Assembly (NCBI GenBank): GCA_965261395.1
Contig: OZ253462.1
Location: 4,864,001 to 4,928,000 of the forward strand
Source of the DNA: Candidatus Latescibacterota bacterium
GTDB lineage: Bacteria > Latescibacterota > UBA2968 > UBA8231
DNA: 64,000 bases
Direction of reading: 5' to 3'
This document shows, in pieces, positions 61,701-64,000 of this stretch (its first letter is position 1; each line of letters opens with the position of its first letter). A program made the position numbers and the translations under genes. The notes beneath the pieces were generated by a model. The model did no database searches. It saw only the letters and a list, made by a program, of their open reading frames with translations, and was not told where the DNA came from.

Positions 61701-62385
61701 GCCGCTCGACGATCCCCAGGACCGGCCCGAATTTGCAGCCAGCGAGTTGGTCCTCTTCGCCGCAGATCCGGCCGCGCACCACCGCCAGTACGTGTTGGGC
61801 CTACCACCTTGGTCCCTCGGCCAAGTAGACGCACCCCGCCGCCGAGGCATGCTCTATGGCCAGCTAGCCCACGCCGGTATAGAAGCCCTGAGCAACAGCC
61901 CAGATGCCGACCCCACAGCCCTCGCTGCCGACCTCGTCGCAGCCGTTACCCTACCCGTAGCATCCTATCGCGCCTCGTTCGAGCACGAGTTGGCCGCCCT
62001 GTTGCGCCGTTGTCGCCAATCGCCCTTAGCCGCGCGCTGGCTCACCAATTCGGAGGCTCGCACCGAAGTGCGCTTTACGCTATCGCTGGACCTTGGTTTA
62101 GTTCATGGAGTGGTCGATTACATGGGACGCGGGGCCGACGGACTGTGGGAATTAGTCGATTACAAGACCGGCCACCGCGCGAATACAGAAGAAGCGGTGC
62201 AGCACTACCGACTGCAGTTGAAAATCTACGCCCTCTGCTTACAGACCCTCCATCCGGGCCAAGGCGAATACCGCGCGACGCTGTACTTCACCGACTTCGA
62301 CGAGGCGCGCCTTGTGCGCTTCACACCAGCCGACCTAGCGGCAGCTCGCACCCGCCTCGACGACCTCGTCGCCCAGCTCATTTAG
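58795..62385 (+). CDS. addA: AddA-like UvrD helicase/nuclease
   Basis: ASAGAGKT, DEFQDT, VGDPKQSIYSFRAAD, HAAKGLEF and GVVD...DYKTG; GTGA overlap with addB. Confidence 0.9.
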   Translation: MKRAVPLTPVQRMALDSQRNIAVTASAGAGKTATLVERYIELLRLHPEIGVRQVLAITFTQKAAAEMRERIARRLSDALDQDLPEPERQRLRQIRADLPAARISTIHSFCAALLREYPIEADVDPAFAVLEGVDAAQLRSQAVRQTLESLARARDSDPDQEALRRTLAEWPRRYLEQVLEYLLEKKHLARLWCRRYAEQSPDQILSDWRGMQQTACAPACHALLADTHFTAMLAELAALAPLTDISDSAVERLAPLRDPMRRLSQTPPLDEAIEILPRLAEGLLTNGRPLSGSRLGKKSNWEEAALARVRELVPALGRCLAPHTDLLGLKLSAADERAAEVLPALSRVFLRADARCESSKGNGGMLDMDDLLEKSYQLIADDADIRHRLAQHYRFALIDEFQDTDPLQWEIIRSLASPDGQMTGDKLFIVGDPKQSIYSFRAADVTVFARVRDAIAEANAAHQRDSRPFCDNGEVLDASPTERLGTLVMGENFRTLAQPIAFVNALFPKFMQAVPDEPFQVGYDPLVGCRPTSASAGSVELLLLPPDDSRDSTEAALGEAELVARRLSHLLTGSDLQVADQEGLRPPVPGDIALLLRRRRNLFAYEDALRACGIPFQVAGGRGFYQRQEIYDLANILRVLCNSGDSIALMGALRSPYCGLSDNALYALTAPHGGRLAEHLADASQRQHLAPADQEAAADAVARLQHWEGLCDRVPLVELLHTILEDTGAWGFLCYGERGEQAVANVRKLLDLAREFRGPLADFVVRLDLLTTEEEQEGEALLDADALHILTVHAAKGLEFPIVVVPDLAARFNLQTSAPALIDAEKGLGLRTLDPEQGYKKTSSFIRSLINRNASRHQRAEEKRLLYVACTRARDHLLLGGALTDKHFAADLDAAADCLGWICGSLALTETDLARGTKAVAGVPSPLPIHTDPSAFPAPATTAYTAEPAFRALDTAPAQASVPALDLLSPLDDPQDRPEFAASELVLFAADPAAHHRQYVLGLPPWSLGQVDAPRRRGMLYGQLAHAGIEALSNSPDADPTALAADLVAAVTLPVASYRASFEHELAALLRRCRQSPLAARWLTNSEARTEVRFTLSLDLGLVHGVVDYMGRGADGLWELVDYKTGHRANTEEAVQHYRLQLKIYALCLQTLHPGQGEYRATLYFTDFDEARLVRFTPADLAAARTRLDDLVAQLI

Positions 62386-62395
62386 GAGTGTTATA

Positions 62396-64000
62396 ATGCT
62401 ATACTCGACCCTCTCCCTAGCCGCCGTCGTATCCCTAGCCGCCTGCACAGCTCCCGAACAAGCTCGGCCCTCCTCTGCGGCTACTCAGCGAATGGCCGAG
62501 CGTCTGCGACAAATCGCCCACAATCAAAATCCTGTTTCCAACATCTATCTGAACGACTTGCGGGTGGAGCACTTCAGCAGCCGACAAGAACACTTATCTC
62601 CCTTGGCCCGCATGCGGGCCCGGATTTTATTGGCCCGGGAGCGTCTGCGGGCCGGCCAGACGCAGGCTTCCATTGACGAATTCCATCAATTGCGGCCCGA
62701 GCTTGAGCAGCGCCAAGTCCGCATGCAGCCGAGCCTAGACATGCTCTTAGGTCTCGCCTATATGCGCTTGGGTGAGCAGGTCAATTGTCTGGAAGGTCAT
62801 GCGACAGCCTCGTGTCTATTCCCCATCGGCCCCGACGGCGTTCACGCCAACCAGCAGGGATCGCGGACGGCCTTGGACCACTTCACCACTGTGCTGGAGC
62901 AAAATCCCGACGATTTGACCGCTCGCTGGCTTCTTAATATCGCCTATATGACCCTAGGGGAGTACCCCGACCAAGTCCCGTCCCAGTGGCTTATCACGCC
63001 GTCGCTTTTTGCCTCCGAGCACGACATCGGCCACTTCCTCGACATCGCTCCCTTCCTGAGGCTCGATTTGGTATCCCTAGCCGGCGGCAGTATCATGGAC
63101 GACTTTGACAACGACGGTCTACTCGACCTAGTGATCTCTTCCTGGGACCTAGAGGAGCAACTCCGCTATTTTCGCAACCGGGGCGACGGCACTTTTGTCG
63201 AGCGCACTCGGGAAGTCGGCCTCACCGGCATAACCGGTGGCCTGCAGCTGGTCCACGCCGACTTCGACAACGACGGCTGGCTCGATTTTCTGGCTGTGCG
63301 AGGGGCTTGGCAGGGGAGCGACGGCCAGCACCCCAACTCGCTAGTGCACAACCAAGGCGGCACCTTTGCCGATGTGACAGAAGCAGCGGGCTTGCTCAGT
63401 TTCCACCCCACTCAGACGGCGGCTTGGGCTGACGTCGATAACGACGGCCTGCTCGACCTATTCGTCGGCAATGAAACCTTTCCCGGCATCGGCGATGTCC
63501 ACCCCAGTGAGCTCTTCCACAACCAAGGTGACGGTACCTTCGTCGAAAAAGCCGCCTCTCTCGGTTTGGCCACCAAGGGCTTTGTCAAAGGCTCAACTTG
63601 GGGGGACTTTGACAACGATGGGCAGATCGATTTATACGTCTCGCGGTTGATGGGCGACAATTCCCTCTTCCACAATCGCGGAGCCGAACCAGCCGAGGGC
63701 AGCCGCTTCGTAGATGTGGCTGCCCGGGCCGGGGTCAAGCGACCGCACGAGAGTTTTCCCACTTGGTTTTGGGACTTCGACAACGACGGCTGGCTCGACT
63801 TGTTCGCCTCGGGTTATCACTACAACCCCGATCTCAACGCCGGGGATGTAGCAGCCGACTATCTAGGACTGCCCACCGACGCCGAAAGAGCCCGGCTTTT
63901 TCGCAACCAAGGCAACGGCACCTTTGCCGATGTCAGCCAGGCCCGCGACGTCCACCAAGTGCTCTATACGATGGGGTGCAATTACGTCGATCTAGACAAC
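62396..64000 (+). CDS. CRTAC1/ASPIC-UnbV family FG-GAP repeat lipoprotein, truncated by the window edge
   Basis: Manual translation MLYSTLSLAAVVSLAAC...LAYMRLGEQVNC...DFDNDGLLDL...RNRGDGTF with repeated DxDNDGxxD. Confidence 0.85.
   Translation, partial: MLYSTLSLAAVVSLAACTAPEQARPSSAATQRMAERLRQIAHNQNPVSNIYLNDLRVEHFSSRQEHLSPLARMRARILLARERLRAGQTQASIDEFHQLRPELEQRQVRMQPSLDMLLGLAYMRLGEQVNCLEGHATASCLFPIGPDGVHANQQGSRTALDHFTTVLEQNPDDLTARWLLNIAYMTLGEYPDQVPSQWLITPSLFASEHDIGHFLDIAPFLRLDLVSLAGGSIMDDFDNDGLLDLVISSWDLEEQLRYFRNRGDGTFVERTREVGLTGITGGLQLVHADFDNDGWLDFLAVRGAWQGSDGQHPNSLVHNQGGTFADVTEAAGLLSFHPTQTAAWADVDNDGLLDLFVGNETFPGIGDVHPSELFHNQGDGTFVEKAASLGLATKGFVKGSTWGDFDNDGQIDLYVSRLMGDNSLFHNRGAEPAEGSRFVDVAARAGVKRPHESFPTWFWDFDNDGWLDLFASGYHYNPDLNAGDVAADYLGLPTDAERARLFRNQGNGTFADVSQARDVHQVLYTMGCNYVDLDN

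Noticed and set aside
61500-62396. 298-aa alternate-frame ORF inside addA
   Set aside because: Pro/Arg-rich shadow frame of a GC-rich gene.

Overview
GC-rich bacterial window. The architecture (LRR, FN3 and cadherin repeat proteins, C-terminal PNPFN FlgD-Ig domains) suggests an FCB-group lineage such as Latescibacterota or Gemmatimonadota, possibly a sponge symbiont; this is inference only. Layout: (1) 1-8.1 kb core metabolism: Nramp-like transporter, galU, ferredoxin sulfite/nitrite reductase with ferredoxin, TPP-dependent E1 alpha/beta and an SDR. (2) 8.2-33.1 kb surface-protein island: an LRR-metalloprotease lipoprotein, a 2007-aa FN3/cadherin repeat protein, nested MITEs carrying outward promoters, a head-to-tail array of about 12 variable internalin-like LRR genes and remnants in two N-terminal classes, and a terminal VIT-vWA gene whose 5' end is left as stubs between array units. 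(3) ABC ATPase, uvrB, and a sigma54-type promoter followed by a hicAB cassette and a solitary dnaK. (4) 39-53.3 kb defence island: type III R-M res/mod, XRE-ImmA with DUF4411, SIR2-HerA coupled to mod, an AAA ATPase with a frameshifted nuclease, and three TA modules that have each lost the toxin. (5) Zn-dehydrogenase, a lipoprotein, addBA and a CRTAC1/FG-GAP protein running off the end. No rRNA, tRNA, CRISPR array, integrase or transposase was seen.
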